A stretch of 64,000 bases of DNA from Candidatus Mediterraneibacter vanvlietii (GCA_019113645.1 DXGZ01000027.1:11461-75460), one strand, 5' to 3'; positions 1 to 10,444 are shown, counted from the stretch's first letter. The notes: generated by a model not told the origin, from the letters alone. A program made the numbers and translations.

Positions 1-84
1 AATGTCGAGCTGTTCGGAAAGTTCTTTGGCAATGACGCTTGCCCCGGTTCCGAAACGGCGGCTCATGGTGATTACTAACTTCAT
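1..84 (-). CDS. cytidylate kinase-like family protein, N-terminal 28 codons only (gene runs off the window edge)
   Basis: Minus-strand ATG at 84 reads MKLVITMSRRFGTGASVIAKELSEQLDI. This glycine-rich N-terminus is typical of the CMP-kinase-like family. The gene is truncated by the window. Confidence 0.4.
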   Translation of the reverse strand, partial: MKLVITMSRRFGTGASVIAKELSEQLDI

Positions 85-183
85 AAGAACTCCTCCTTTG
101 TAGACATGTTTGATGTATAGTTGTCAGTTGAATCTGACAGATCACCGGGAGAGAAGAGGCTTCTCTCCGGGAAATCCTTCTTA

Positions 184-1386
184 TTATAACACTTCTTCAG
201 CGATTTGTCTGCCAAGAGATTCTAATTCTTCTCTCTGGGCGTCCTTTACGGAAGACTTGATCGTTACTGCGCCTTCCATCAGCTTCATGTTTTTCATCTC
301 GCCGATCTTCGCGATGATCAGTTTGGTCGACTGAGGCGCCCAAGAGCCGTTTCCGAGAACAGCGACAGTGCGGTTCTGAAGAGCCAGCGCTTTCATATCT
401 TCCAGATAGTTGTCCATCAGCGGATAAATGCTGTTGTTGTATGTGGGCGCTGCAAGGACGATGTGGCTGTATTTGAAGCTGTCAGCGATCAGCTCGGATA
501 CGTGGGTTTTGGAAATGTTGTGCATCCGGATATCCTTTACGCCAGCCTCTGCAAGAACAGAAGCGAGGTATTCCGCCATGTTCTCTGTATTTCCGTACAT
601 GGAAGCGTAAGCGATCATGACGCCTTTTGTCTCCGGCTCGTATTTGCTCCATGTGTCATATTTTCCGATGATGTAGTCGAGATCTGTCCTCCAGATCGGT
701 CCGTGAAGCGGGCAGATGATGCTGATGTCAAGACCAGCGGCTTTTTTCAGGACGTTCTGCACCTGCATTCCGTATTTGCCGACAATGTTTGTATAATAGC
801 GGCGCGCCTCGTCCAGCCAGTCGCGGTCAAAGTCTACTTCATCATTGAAAATGTTTCCGTTCAGAGCCTTGAAGGTTCCGAAAGCGTCTGCCGAGAAGAG
901 AACCTTATCCGTCTCATCGTAAGTCATCATGGCTTCCGGCCAGTGAACCATGGGCGCCATGACAAAGTGCAGTGTATGCTTTCCGGAAGAGAAAGTATCT
1001 CCCTCTTTTACAACGATCTTCTTCCCTTCCAGATCAAAACCGAAGAACTGGTCGATCATGGGGAAAGTCTTCGCGTTGCCGATGATCTGTACATCCGGAT
1101 AGCGCAGGACGAGTTCTTCGATCATGGCACAGTGATCCGGTTCCATATGGTTGACAACAAGGTAGTCAAGGCTGCGTCCGTCAAGAACTGCCTGGACATT
1201 CTCAAGGAACTGGCGCCCGATTGCATAATCCGCCGCATCGAACAGAACCGTCTTCTCATCCATCAGAAGATAGGAGTTGTAGGATACTCCGTCTTTGAGC
1301 GGGAAGATGTTCTCAAACAGTTCGATTCTGCGGTCGCTGCCTCCGACCCAGTACAGATCTTCCGTTACTTTTCTGAAACAGTGCAT
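184..1386 (-). CDS. fprA: FprA-family A-type flavoprotein (flavodiiron protein: metallo-beta-lactamase fold plus flavodoxin domain)
   Basis: 400-aa ORF. N-terminal motif VVNHMEPDH (H-x-E-x-D-H di-iron site) and C-terminal flavodoxin-like VMIAYASMYGNTE. RBS aaggagg lies upstream of the ATG. Confidence 0.85.
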   Translation of the reverse strand: MHCFRKVTEDLYWVGGSDRRIELFENIFPLKDGVSYNSYLLMDEKTVLFDAADYAIGRQFLENVQAVLDGRSLDYLVVNHMEPDHCAMIEELVLRYPDVQIIGNAKTFPMIDQFFGFDLEGKKIVVKEGDTFSSGKHTLHFVMAPMVHWPEAMMTYDETDKVLFSADAFGTFKALNGNIFNDEVDFDRDWLDEARRYYTNIVGKYGMQVQNVLKKAAGLDISIICPLHGPIWRTDLDYIIGKYDTWSKYEPETKGVMIAYASMYGNTENMAEYLASVLAEAGVKDIRMHNISKTHVSELIADSFKYSHIVLAAPTYNNSIYPLMDNYLEDMKALALQNRTVAVLGNGSWAPQSTKLIIAKIGEMKNMKLMEGAVTIKSSVKDAQREELESLGRQIAEEVL

Positions 1387-1510
1387 TGATGATTCCTCCT
1401 TATATTGCGATCATGTAAATGTGAATGAACCTTTAAATATTCAACGACTCTATTCTATCATAAAAGATGGAATTCGCAAGATAAGTATTCATTTTTGTAC
1501 AGGGATTTCC

Positions 1511-2577
1511 GCTATTTTGTTCACTACCTTCATTGACTGAACGTACGAAAACAGAGAGGTTTTTTAAGACGTATTCTGCAGGGAGTGAGGATGTGGGCGA
1601 GGCTCCGCTCCGGGGAATAAGGGCAACTAAGAAGTTCCGGGCACGGACTAAATACAAGGACAGACGGTGAGCAACTCGCTTCGCTCAGACAATCTCACCG
1701 CCTGTCCTGACGTCCGCACACGGAACTCCAAGTTGCGCTAATTCCCCTTCGAAGTCACCCCGCCCACATCCTCACTCTCTGCAGAAAGGTACTTGCAATA
1801 GAGTTCTGTTTTCTGCTCTATTCATATGGGAAGATAGTAACAATATAGCTGCAGTAACAAAGGCGCGGCCAGAAGATTTTACAAATGGTGATACCTTCAA
1901 GCCGCGCCGTTTCGCGGTTTTCCGAGTTTGTTTACAGAATAATCAGAGGCAAAAACAACAAAAGCAGAAGTGCGTGAAAAGCCGGAAGGTATTGTTAATA
2001 GTCAGGGCGGCAGCAAAGTTATGCTGCCGCCGGCGCTCATTATACTCCACAAAAACGAGGAATCAAGGTCGGGTAGTATTTCCTTCGGAAATCTCCACCC
2101 TTCCCCTGACTCCTCATTTTTGTTCTGAGACGCTTTCAATAATGATCCGGGAATAAATACACGTTGCCCATGCAAAACGGCGCGGCTTGAAGACCTTATT
2201 ATTTGTAAAACCTTCCGGCCGCGCCTTTGGTTTTCTTCAGCCTGTTTATTCATTAACTTCCCCTCTGAAGCGACCAGAAAACAGCCCCATTTCAAAATAC
2301 TTTCTGCGGGGAGGGGGATTGTGGGCGGCTGACTTCGGATGGGGATTAGTGAAACTTGGAGTGCCGGGGAGGGATGTTGGGGCAGACGGTGAGATTGTTT
2401 GAGCGAATGCGAGTTGCTCACCGTCTGTCTCTGCTTTTAGTCCGTCCCCGGAACTCCTTAGTTTCCCTTATCCCCTGAAGCGGAAGTCGAACACAGTCCC
2501 CCTCCCCGCAGAATACGTCTTGTAAAGCCACTCTGTTTTCGTCTGATCTGAATCCGGCAGTTGATGAACTAAATAGC
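1511..2577. repeat. ~1.07-kb non-coding nested palindrome, copy 1 of a family also present at 39521-40409
   Basis: Hairpin A is at 1576-1784. Hairpin A' at 2304-2511 is the reverse complement of A by eye. Inner hairpins are at 1862-1908 and 2179-2225, and the central hairpin is at 2006-2031. Terminal inverted repeats are gctattttgttc (1511) and gaactaaatagc (2566-2577). No ORF is shared with copy 2. Confidence 0.85.
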
Positions 2578-2593
2578 TGGGGCTATTTTTATT

Positions 2594-2926
2594 TCAGCCG
2601 CAGTGACACTGGAATGTTGCGCACTCTGTGCCGCCTGCCTCTGTGGCATTTCCGCCCTCTACGCTGATTTTCCCAGCATGGCATGAACAGTTTTCGTTAT
2701 ACATACATTTTGTTGCCTTACAGTCTACGCTGGAACGATCCGAGGCCTGTCCCGCAGACATGGACATGGAATTGGAATATCCTCCCTCTTTCCGCTCCTG
2801 GAAACTGTCGCAGCAGGTCTCCTGGGGATTCTTTGCATTATCCCCGCCCACCTGGATCTTGTCCAGGTCACAGAGATACTGCTGATTGTGTACGCATGTC
2901 TGAACTGTACATTTTAATTCTGGCAT
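2594..2926 (-). CDS. DUF1540 domain-containing protein (two Cys-rich DUF1540 repeats)
   Basis: MPELKCTVQTCVHNQQYLC... and ...VDCKATKCMYNENCSCHAGKI match the DUF1540 Cys pattern. I chose the internal ATG at 2926 because aaggagg lies 7 nt upstream. The ORF track extends to 2983. Confidence 0.75.
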   Translation of the reverse strand: MPELKCTVQTCVHNQQYLCDLDKIQVGGDNAKNPQETCCDSFQERKEGGYSNSMSMSAGQASDRSSVDCKATKCMYNENCSCHAGKISVEGGNATEAGGTECATFQCHCG

Positions 2927-2990
2927 AATGATACCTCCTTCTTTTTGCTGATTCGTATTCATTATGCCCGGTATCCGCAGCAATTATTCG

Positions 2991-3710
2991 CTATTTTCCT
3001 TTCACCCACACATAAACCACCCCGAAAAATTCTCTCGCCAGATAGTTGATCTGAAACACAGGATTGGAATCCGCCGGAATCATATAAAGTTTCCGGTAGC
3101 CTTCCTGCCGGGCGATCACGGATGAACGGTAAATATGGAAATCATTCGTCACAATTCCCACCCTGTCCTGCTCTGCATCCGCAAACTTCCTGCTGAATCT
3201 GAGATTCTCCCGTGTGGATGTAGAACGGTCTTCGCGCCGGATCTGCTCTTCCGGAACGCCATTCTCAATCAGATATTCCGCCATGGCGTCCGCTTCCGTG
3301 ACCGCTTCTCCCGGACCCTGACCGCCGGAGACAATCACTTTCACGCCGGGATGTTTTTTCTGATATTCCAGCGCACGGTCCAGCCTCCTTCTCAGAGAGT
3401 TCGTTATGTGCGTTCCTCGCACCTGCGCCCCGAGCACGATCAGCCAGTCAAGCTCCTCATCACATTTTGCGAACATCGCCCGGATGATCCTGCTCTCTAC
3501 CAGAAGAATAGCTGCCCAGCAGAACAGGCAGAGCCATTTCAAAACCGAATATACAGATGCAGAAAACGGCGCACATCCGAAAACAAGATGTACGCCGCCT
3601 GTGATCACCCAGAATACTGCAAACGTTGATCTCAGCCTGCGCGAATAAAAGACAAGCACGAGATAGTACAGAATACACAGAATACCAGCGATCAGAAAAT
3701 AATATCTCAT
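2991..3710 (-). CDS. YdcF/ElyC/SanA (DUF218) family membrane protein
   Basis: 239 aa with N-terminal TM helices followed by a DUF218-like core (VSGGQGPGEAVTEADAMAEYL...STSTRENL). Confidence 0.75.
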   Translation of the reverse strand: MRYYFLIAGILCILYYLVLVFYSRRLRSTFAVFWVITGGVHLVFGCAPFSASVYSVLKWLCLFCWAAILLVESRIIRAMFAKCDEELDWLIVLGAQVRGTHITNSLRRRLDRALEYQKKHPGVKVIVSGGQGPGEAVTEADAMAEYLIENGVPEEQIRREDRSTSTRENLRFSRKFADAEQDRVGIVTNDFHIYRSSVIARQEGYRKLYMIPADSNPVFQINYLAREFFGVVYVWVKGK

Positions 3711-4226
3711 CTACGCGTTTCTTCCGCAGCAGAATTTGTATTTTTTGCCGCTGCCGCACGGACACGGATCATTTCTTCCGATCTTCTTGCCTTTGCGGAT
3801 CGTTCCGGAAGCTTTCTGCTCTCTGTACAGACGCTTTCTTGTCTCCTCATCAAAGATCTTCTCCCACTGCGGCAGGCCGTAGAGCCAGTCTGCTTTTGCG
3901 TCTACCATGTTTTTATAAAGATTTTCTTTATCAAATCCAAGGCTTACTTCCGTATCCTCTGTCATTGTCTCGATCGGGTTCGGAACTTTCAGGCTGTCAT
4001 TGATTCCATCCAGGAAACCAACCATGGTCATAACATCCTGTCCGTATTTCTCTGCAAGTTCCTTTACAGTTCCTCTTACTTCTGTATCCGGATCTTCGAG
4101 AAGCTGCTCATAGATGTTCTTCTCGATTGCGAAATAATTTGCCCAGAATTTCTCCAGCTGATCCTTGGACAGTGTTCTGTCGTATGCCATGTCCCTCCAC
4201 TGGTCTAATAAACATTTCTCGCTCAT
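3711..4226 (-). CDS. SEC-C motif-containing protein
   Basis: C-terminal [18 protein letters not shown] is the SEC-C metal-binding motif. The stop abuts the start of the downstream DUF218 gene. Confidence 0.7.
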   Translation of the reverse strand: MSEKCLLDQWRDMAYDRTLSKDQLEKFWANYFAIEKNIYEQLLEDPDTEVRGTVKELAEKYGQDVMTMVGFLDGINDSLKVPNPIETMTEDTEVSLGFDKENLYKNMVDAKADWLYGLPQWEKIFDEETRKRLYREQKASGTIRKGKKIGRNDPCPCGSGKKYKFCCGRNA

Positions 4227-4393
4227 TGTATATTGCTCCTTTATCTTAATCTAAAATCTGTCGCCACCTATTATATAACAATTTCCGTTTGCCGTAAACC
4301 ACTATTTTCGGTATACTATACTCATGAAACGCGGGGAAACCGCGTAAATTTTTCAGATGTCCTTCGGAAAACAAGGACAGGAAAGGTCCTGAC

Positions 4394-4621
4394 ATGAAAA
4401 AAGCAAAACGCATCCTCGCCCTTGCCGGCGCAGTTTTTCTTATCTGTATGTATGTGTGCACTCTCATATTTGCGCTGATCGACTCTCCCGCTGCCGGCGG
4501 TCTTTTCAAAGCGTCTGTCGCTGCCACAATTCTGATACCTGTTCTCCTGTATGCCTATCTTCTCGTCGCCCGTCTCCTGAAAAACAGAAGCGACGATGCG
4601 GAGGACACTTCAGACAAATAA
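4394..4621 (+). CDS. small hypothetical membrane protein (75 aa, two predicted TM helices)
   Basis: ATG start, hydrophobic composition, acidic tail. I recognise no family. Confidence 0.4.
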   Translation: MKKAKRILALAGAVFLICMYVCTLIFALIDSPAAGGLFKASVAATILIPVLLYAYLLVARLLKNRSDDAEDTSDK

Positions 4622-4768
4622 TATTTCCGCCATCTTCAGAGCCGAAGCTGCCGCCTGCTCCCGTTCACTGCGGGCGCTGATTTCGCTCTGTCTTATCGCT
4701 TGTCTCCTTTTCAGGTATTCTTCCATCGTTATCACATTACTGGCTGCTTCACTGTTGTCCTGATGCAT
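4610..4768 (-). CDS. small hypothetical protein (52 aa)
   Basis: Internal ATG at 4768 is preceded by ggaaggagg 8 nt upstream. The longer 95-aa ORF upstream has no RBS. I recognise no family. Confidence 0.3.
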   Translation of the reverse strand: MHQDNSEAASNVITMEEYLKRRQAIRQSEISARSEREQAAASALKMAEILFV

Positions 4769-4939
4769 ACAAATACCTCCTTCCCTTTTTATCCCAGCTT
4801 TATAATATATGCGGGAAGGCTGTCTTATATTCCAAAAAGTGCGGACCGAACTGTTGGCTTTTCCATAAACAAAAATCAGTTCCCCGCACACCGGCAATTC
4901 GCATCCGACATGCTGCAGGAACTGATTCTGTAAGTTATT

Positions 4940-6229
4940 TTATTTCAGCGCTGATTCTCTGAAAATGATATCGTCTCTTCCCGGACCATTGCTGATCATC
5001 GTGAACGGATATCCAACTTCTTTTTCAATAAATTCAATATATTTCCGGCAGTTTTCCGGGAGTTCCTCGTAGTTTCTGATTCCGCGGATATCTGTCTTCC
5101 AGCCCGGCAGTTTCTCGATCACCGGTTTTGCCTTTTCAAGAAGATGAGTTACCGGGAATTCCTTCGTGATCTCACCATCGATCTCATATCCGACGCAGAC
5201 CGGGATCTCGTCAAGGTATCCGAGAACATCGAGTACAGTGAACGCCACGTCCGTTGTTCCCTGCATACGGAGTCCGTACTTGGATGCCACGCAGTCAAAC
5301 CAGCCCACACGTCTCGGGCGTCCTGTCGTAGCGCCGTACTCGCCGCCGTCGCCGCCGCGTCTTCTCAGCTCCTCAGCCTCTTCGCCGAAGATCTCGCTTA
5401 CAAACGCGCCCGCTCCAACCGCGCTGGAGTATGCCTTGCAGACTGTGATCACCTGCTTGATCTCATACGGCGGGATTCCTGCGCCGATCGCACCGTATGC
5501 TGCCAGTGTGGAAGAAGACGTAACCATCGGATAGATTCCGTGATCCGGATCCTTCAGGGAACCGAGCTGTCCTTCCAGAAGGATGTTCTTTCCTTCCTTT
5601 ATCGCATTGTGGAGGAAGAGGGAAACATCGCATACATACGGCTCCACCATCTCACGGTAGCTTACAAGTTCTTTATATAATTCATCAGGATCGATCAGAG
5701 GTTTATGGTAAAGGTGCTCAAGCAGCACGTTCTTCTGCTCGGAAACGCGCACTACCTTTTCTTTCAGAAGCTCATCGTCAAAGAGCTCGCTTACCTGAAA
5801 ACCAATCTTTGCATATTTGTCTGAATAGAAAGGTGCAATACCTGATTTGGTTGATCCGAACGATTTTCCGCCCAGACGCTCCTCCTCGTATGCGTCAAAA
5901 TTCTTGTGATAGGACATCACCATCTGTGCTCTGTCAGATACAAGAATCTTCGGCATCGGAACACCGCGGTCCACAATGGACTGGATCTCCTTAAAAAGAA
6001 CCGGAACATCAAGCGCAACGCCGTTTCCGATTACGCTTGTCGTATGTCCGTAAAACACTCCGGAAGGCAGCGTATGCAGCGCAAATTTGCCGTAATCATT
6101 TACGATCGTGTGGCCTGCGTTCGCACCGCCCTGAAAACGGACGATGATATCTGCTTCTTTTGCAAGCATATCAGTAATCTTGCCTTTTCCCTCATCGCCC
6201 CAGTTTGCACCAACTACTGCTTTTACCAT
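4940..6229 (-). CDS. purA: adenylosuccinate synthase
   Basis: 429 aa. N-terminus VVGANWGDEGKGKITD and GGANAGHT are PurA signatures. RBS is aggagg. Confidence 0.95.
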   Translation of the reverse strand: MVKAVVGANWGDEGKGKITDMLAKEADIIVRFQGGANAGHTIVNDYGKFALHTLPSGVFYGHTTSVIGNGVALDVPVLFKEIQSIVDRGVPMPKILVSDRAQMVMSYHKNFDAYEEERLGGKSFGSTKSGIAPFYSDKYAKIGFQVSELFDDELLKEKVVRVSEQKNVLLEHLYHKPLIDPDELYKELVSYREMVEPYVCDVSLFLHNAIKEGKNILLEGQLGSLKDPDHGIYPMVTSSSTLAAYGAIGAGIPPYEIKQVITVCKAYSSAVGAGAFVSEIFGEEAEELRRRGGDGGEYGATTGRPRRVGWFDCVASKYGLRMQGTTDVAFTVLDVLGYLDEIPVCVGYEIDGEITKEFPVTHLLEKAKPVIEKLPGWKTDIRGIRNYEELPENCRKYIEFIEKEVGYPFTMISNGPGRDDIIFRESALK

Positions 6230-6486
6230 TTTAATTCCTCCTGCGTATCGTGCTTCAAAATATAATTATGCGTCTCTTTTCCGGCTCCGCCCTGCGGGGT
6301 TCCGTCTGTCTGTATAAAAGACGCCGTTAGAATTATACTATAATTTTCAACTTATGTAAAATATTATTTCCTGTTTTTTACGTTGCTATTGTAATTAAAT
6401 GCGAAAAGTATTAGAATAAATAGCAAATTCGGGATGTCCTCTTTTTCTTTGCAGAGTGCATCTTCTCACAGAAAGGAGAGTTTACA

Positions 6487-6765
6487 TTGAAAAAGCTGAT
6501 TAAATGGTTTGGCGTCTTCGCTGTAATCGGAACAGCAATCGGACTTGTTACCGCATATTTCTGCAAGAACAATTCCAAGAATGCGGATGCGGATGATTCT
6601 GACTTTACGGAAGATGAAGATTTTGATCTTGATGCTGATTTGCAGCCGGCTTCCGGAAGAGAATATGTATCTCTTAAGAAGACTTCTGAAGAATCTCAGG
6701 TAAAAGAATCCGAAGAACCTCAGGATGAGAAATCCGATCATACAGAAAATACAGAAGAAAAGTAA
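6487..6765 (+). CDS. hypothetical membrane-anchored acidic protein (92 aa)
   Basis: TTG start with aaaggagag 7 nt upstream, one N-terminal TM helix, and a D/E-rich tail. The overlapping minus-strand ORF 6466-6777 looks spurious. Confidence 0.4.
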   Translation: MKKLIKWFGVFAVIGTAIGLVTAYFCKNNSKNADADDSDFTEDEDFDLDADLQPASGREYVSLKKTSEESQVKESEEPQDEKSDHTENTEEK

Positions 6766-6852
6766 ATCATGAAACACTAAAATAAACCGGGTTTCCCTCA
6801 GATATCTGCTTTGATGTCTGTCAGGTTCCCGGTTTATTCTGTTTCCGATGAT

Positions 6853-8322
6853 TTATTCTGTTTTCAGCGGCTTATTCTGTTTCTGATCTGCCGTGATGCT
6901 CCACGCCCGGCCAAGCAGGCGGACAGCCTCGCGGATCTTCTCTTCATTCATGTTGGCGTATCCGAGCAGGATCACTGCATCATCATCCGCCGTATTCACG
7001 CCACCTTCTGCGGATCCGGCACTCTCCCCATTCACACAGTATTCGGACAGACCGTACACTTTGACTCCGCAGTCCGCCGCCAGCCGGATCAGTTCTTCCT
7101 CGCTTCTTCCGTCATGAAAATGAAGCAGAAGGTGAACACCGGCGTTTTCCCCGGATATCCGCACCGGTATCTTCAGTTCTTTCAGCGAGGCAAGCAGCGT
7201 ATCATGACGGCTCCTGTAGAGAGCCCTGGTCTTGTTCAGATGTCTCTCATAATACCCGCCTTCGATGAACTTCTGCAGGATCAGCTGATCCACTTTGGAC
7301 ACCGTGGAACTGATGAACCCGCAGCGCTCCCGGTACCTCTCAAGCACAGGCATCGGAAGCACAAGATAACTCATACGGATCGCAGGGGCGATTGATTTCG
7401 AAAATGTTCCGATATAGATTACTCTTCCGCTTCCGTCATACCCCTGCAGCGCCGGAATCGGCTTCCCCTTATAGCGGAACTCGCTGTCGTAATCATCCTC
7501 GACGATGTATCTTCCTTCTTCTTCATCCGCCCACCCGAGCAGTTCCATCCTTCTCCTGATCGGCATGACTGTCCCGAGCGGATAATGATGCGACGGCATG
7601 ACAAAGGCGATATCCGCCCCTGACTCTCTCAGCCGGTCCGTGCGCATGCCCTTTGCGTCCATATCCACCGTACATACCTCGTAGGACATATTTGCAAAGA
7701 GCCGGTACGCCTGACGGTAAGTCGGATTCTCAAGCGCCACCTTGTGCCCGCTGCCAAGAATCGTGCAGAGAAGCATCATCAGATAGTCATTCCCAGCGCC
7801 GACAATCACCTGTTCCGGCGTACAGTTCACTCCTCTTGCCTGATGGAGATAGCTGCTGATCGCATTCCGCAGTCCGTATTCCCCCTGCGGGCATCCCAGC
7901 CGGAACATCTCCGAACGGTCATCTGCAAGAGCCTCTCTGGACAGTTTTCGCCATGCATTATAGGGAAAGCTGTTCAGATCCACACCGCTTGGAGTAAAAT
8001 CATAGAGATATTTTTCCCGCTCATCCCCGGAGCCGGTCTGCGCCTCTCCCTGCGGAGCCGTGAGCTGATACAGCCCTTCGATCTGTGCTGCATAGTAGCC
8101 CTTATATGGAACTGATTCTATATATCCCTCTGACAGAAGCTGTTCATATGCCAGTTCAACGGTGCTTCGGCTGACGTCCAAATGACGGCAGAGCGAGCGG
8201 GTAGAAGGCAGCCTCTCCCCGCTCGCAATGCGTCCGTTTCTTATCTCGTCTCTGATGTATTCATAGATCTGTTCGTACATGGGAACCTTGTCCCCTGTTT
8301 TCAGATTAATGGTAATTTCCAT
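6853..8322 (-). CDS. MocR/PdxR-like regulator (GntR-type wHTH fused to a PLP-dependent aminotransferase fold)
   Basis: N-terminal PMYEQIYEYIRDEIRNGRIASGERLPSTRSLCRHLDVSRSTV is a GntR HTH. The remaining ~380 aa are aminotransferase-like (SFSKSIAP lysine motif). Confidence 0.9.
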   Translation of the reverse strand: MEITINLKTGDKVPMYEQIYEYIRDEIRNGRIASGERLPSTRSLCRHLDVSRSTVELAYEQLLSEGYIESVPYKGYYAAQIEGLYQLTAPQGEAQTGSGDEREKYLYDFTPSGVDLNSFPYNAWRKLSREALADDRSEMFRLGCPQGEYGLRNAISSYLHQARGVNCTPEQVIVGAGNDYLMMLLCTILGSGHKVALENPTYRQAYRLFANMSYEVCTVDMDAKGMRTDRLRESGADIAFVMPSHHYPLGTVMPIRRRMELLGWADEEEGRYIVEDDYDSEFRYKGKPIPALQGYDGSGRVIYIGTFSKSIAPAIRMSYLVLPMPVLERYRERCGFISSTVSKVDQLILQKFIEGGYYERHLNKTRALYRSRHDTLLASLKELKIPVRISGENAGVHLLLHFHDGRSEEELIRLAADCGVKVYGLSEYCVNGESAGSAEGGVNTADDDAVILLGYANMNEEKIREAVRLLGRAWSITADQKQNKPLKTE

Positions 8323-8331
8323 AATACTCCC

Positions 8332-10002
8332 TTATTTCGGCAGTCTGAATGAGCTCTTCAGCGACACAATCCGGTTGAACACAAGATGCTCCGGCGTTGA
8401 ATCGTGGGAATCAATACAGTAATATCCGTTTCTCACGAACTGATAACTGTCACGCGGCTGTGCATCGTCAAAACTCGGTTCCACAACCGCATCACGGATT
8501 ATGGTAAGTGAGTTCGGATTCAGGTTCAGGGAACCGTCTTCTTTATTGTAGACACCTTTCTCCTCATCAACCAGGTTCTCATACAGTCTGACTTCCGCTT
8601 TTTTCGCGTAATCCGCCGGAACCCAGTGGATCGTTCCTTTTACCTTTCTTCCGGTAAATCCGCTGCCTGCCTTTGTCTCAGGATCATAGGTGCAGTGAAC
8701 TACTGTCACATTGCCGTTCTCATCCTTCTCGAATCCAACACATTTCACAAAATAAGCATGCATCAGACGCACTTCGTTGCCCGGGAACAGACGGAAATAT
8801 TTCTTCGGAGGCTCTTCCATGAAGTCCTCGCGCTCAATGTAGAGTTCTCTTCCGAACGGAACTTTTCTGTATCCGAGCTCTTCGTTTTCGAGATTGTTCG
8901 CCACATCGAGATACTCAACCTCTCCTTCCGGATAGCTGTCGATCACCAGTTTGATCGGATCAAGTACAGCCATCATACGCGGACGCTTCATCTTGAGATC
9001 CTCGCGGATACAGTACTCAAGCATCGCGTAGTCCACGGAGCTCTGCGCCTTGGACACGCCGCACAGGTCGATAAACATCTTGATGGATTCCGGAGTAAAT
9101 CCACGTCTTCTGAGAGCCGCGATCGACACAAGGCGCGGATCATCCCAGCCGTCCACAATGCCGTCTTCCACCAGTTTCTTAATATATCTCTTTCCGGTCA
9201 CCACATTGGTCAGATACAGTTTCGCGAACTCGATCTGTCTCGGCGGATTCTCGAATTCACATTCATGCACTACCCAGTCATAGAGTGGTCTGTGATCCTC
9301 AAACTCCAGTGTGCAGATCGAATGTGTGATGCCTTCAATGGCATCCTCGATCGGATGAGCAAAATCGTACATCGGATAGATGCACCACTTATCCCCTGTA
9401 TTATGATGCGTCATATGCGCAACACGATAGATGATCGGGTCTCTCATATTAATGTTCGGCGAAGCCATATCGATCTTCGCACGGAGAACTTTCTCTCCGT
9501 CCGCGTATTTACCTTCTTTCATTTCCTCGAAAAGGCGAAGGTTCTCCTCTACGGAGCGGTTGCGGTAAGGACTTTCCTTCCCCGGCTCAGTCAGAGTACC
9601 GCGGTATTCTCTCATCTCTTCCGCCGTCAGATCACAGACGAATGCCTTGCCCTTTTTGATCAGTTTGACCGCGCACTCATACATCTGCTCAAAATAGTCT
9701 GACGCAAAATAAAGGTGCTCGCCCCAGTCCGCGCCAAGCCACTGAATATCTTCCTTGATAGAATCAACGAACTCCATCTTCTCCTTCGTCGGGTTCGTAT
9801 CATCAAACCTCATATGAAACGTACCGCCATATTTCTGAGCCAGCCCGTAATTTAAAAGGATTGACTTGGCATGTCCGATGTGGAGATACCCGTTCGGCTC
9901 AGGCGGGAAACGGGTACATACGTGATCGTATACGCCTTCTGCCAGATCCTTGTCTATTTCCTGCTCTATAAAATTCTTTGAAACAGCTGCTTCGTTTTCC
10001 AT
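8332..10002 (-). CDS. glnS: glutamine--tRNA ligase
   Basis: 556 aa with a class I HIGH motif ([14 protein letters not shown]). Length and overall pattern match GlnRS. RBS is gaggagg. Confidence 0.9.
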   Translation of the reverse strand: MENEAAVSKNFIEQEIDKDLAEGVYDHVCTRFPPEPNGYLHIGHAKSILLNYGLAQKYGGTFHMRFDDTNPTKEKMEFVDSIKEDIQWLGADWGEHLYFASDYFEQMYECAVKLIKKGKAFVCDLTAEEMREYRGTLTEPGKESPYRNRSVEENLRLFEEMKEGKYADGEKVLRAKIDMASPNINMRDPIIYRVAHMTHHNTGDKWCIYPMYDFAHPIEDAIEGITHSICTLEFEDHRPLYDWVVHECEFENPPRQIEFAKLYLTNVVTGKRYIKKLVEDGIVDGWDDPRLVSIAALRRRGFTPESIKMFIDLCGVSKAQSSVDYAMLEYCIREDLKMKRPRMMAVLDPIKLVIDSYPEGEVEYLDVANNLENEELGYRKVPFGRELYIEREDFMEEPPKKYFRLFPGNEVRLMHAYFVKCVGFEKDENGNVTVVHCTYDPETKAGSGFTGRKVKGTIHWVPADYAKKAEVRLYENLVDEEKGVYNKEDGSLNLNPNSLTIIRDAVVEPSFDDAQPRDSYQFVRNGYYCIDSHDSTPEHLVFNRIVSLKSSFRLPK

Positions 10003-10090
10003 TGTCTCCTCCTCTTATAACCATAACGCTGACAGGAAATATCTTACCATAAAAAGCAGGCGATCACAAGATTATGTAAACAGTAACAGA

Positions 10091-10444
10091 CTAGTTTTTT
10101 ACAAATTCATTTTTCCCTCTCTCGAAATATTTCCCCACCTCGGCCAGAAGCCTGGCAAAGTACAGGCACATCATCGGATCAATATTCGGATGCTGTTCCC
10201 GCAGATCATAATCCTGGACACCGATAAACATCATGTGCGAGGCCTTCCAGTCTCTTTCCAGCACAATATAGAGATCCTCGATATCGGTGCTCCCAATGCA
10301 CAGAAATATCTCGATATTATTTTTCATTGCGTCAAAACACCGGTAAAAATACGGCAGTTCATCTGTTTCCATGATGCGGATAAAATCCGTGAGCCTGACC
10401 AGCTCATCACGCAGATCGCCCAGTTCTCCTTTTCCTATTCTCAT
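10091..10444 (-). CDS. hypothetical protein (117 aa)
   Basis: Clean ORF with plausible codon usage. I recognise no motif. Confidence 0.45.
   Translation of the reverse strand: MRIGKGELGDLRDELVRLTDFIRIMETDELPYFYRCFDAMKNNIEIFLCIGSTDIEDLYIVLERDWKASHMMFIGVQDYDLREQHPNIDPMMCLYFARLLAEVGKYFERGKNEFVKN

Noticed and set aside
463-1389. 308-aa plus-strand ORF antisense to fprA. Similar long antisense ORFs occur at 8626-9702 (glnS), 12849-13436 (rlmB), 13840-14439, 17764-18477 (ispF), 25423-26277 (LysR), 43737-44540 and 45156-46010 (MMPL), 50375-51121 (treC) and 56471-57196
   Set aside because: Each lies opposite a gene with strong family signatures. They lack RBSs and show the amino-acid bias typical of antisense frames (Arg/Ser/His/Cys-rich).
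2002-2421. 139-aa minus-strand ORF and other 60-80-aa ORFs (1433-1657, 1974-2156, 2187-2402) inside the first nested palindrome
   Set aside because: They have no RBS and a low-complexity, Pro/Ser/Gly-rich composition. None is conserved as a reading frame in the homologous copy at 39521-40409, which even lacks part of the region. They are by-products of GC-rich inverted repeats.
1511-2577. Possibility that the nested palindromes (also 39521-40409 and 48826-49535) are CRISPR arrays, IS elements or prophage ends
   Set aside because: There is no regular short repeat/spacer periodicity and no cas genes. No transposase, integrase or recombinase ORF occurs anywhere in the window, and no target-site duplication is visible at the ends. 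A non-autonomous MITE-like origin cannot be excluded and is listed as a way to refute the finding.
6230-6486. Possible purine-type riboswitch in the ~100-nt 5' UTR of purA. A candidate promoter (TTACAT-16-TATAAT on the minus strand) is followed by the hairpin ggcgtctttt...aaaagagacgc
   Set aside because: The conserved purine-riboswitch loop and junction sequences (tataat..tatgg..ttctacc..ccgtaaa) are not present. I could also find no ZTP or ykkC-like core. It may be an ordinary structured leader and needs an Rfam scan.
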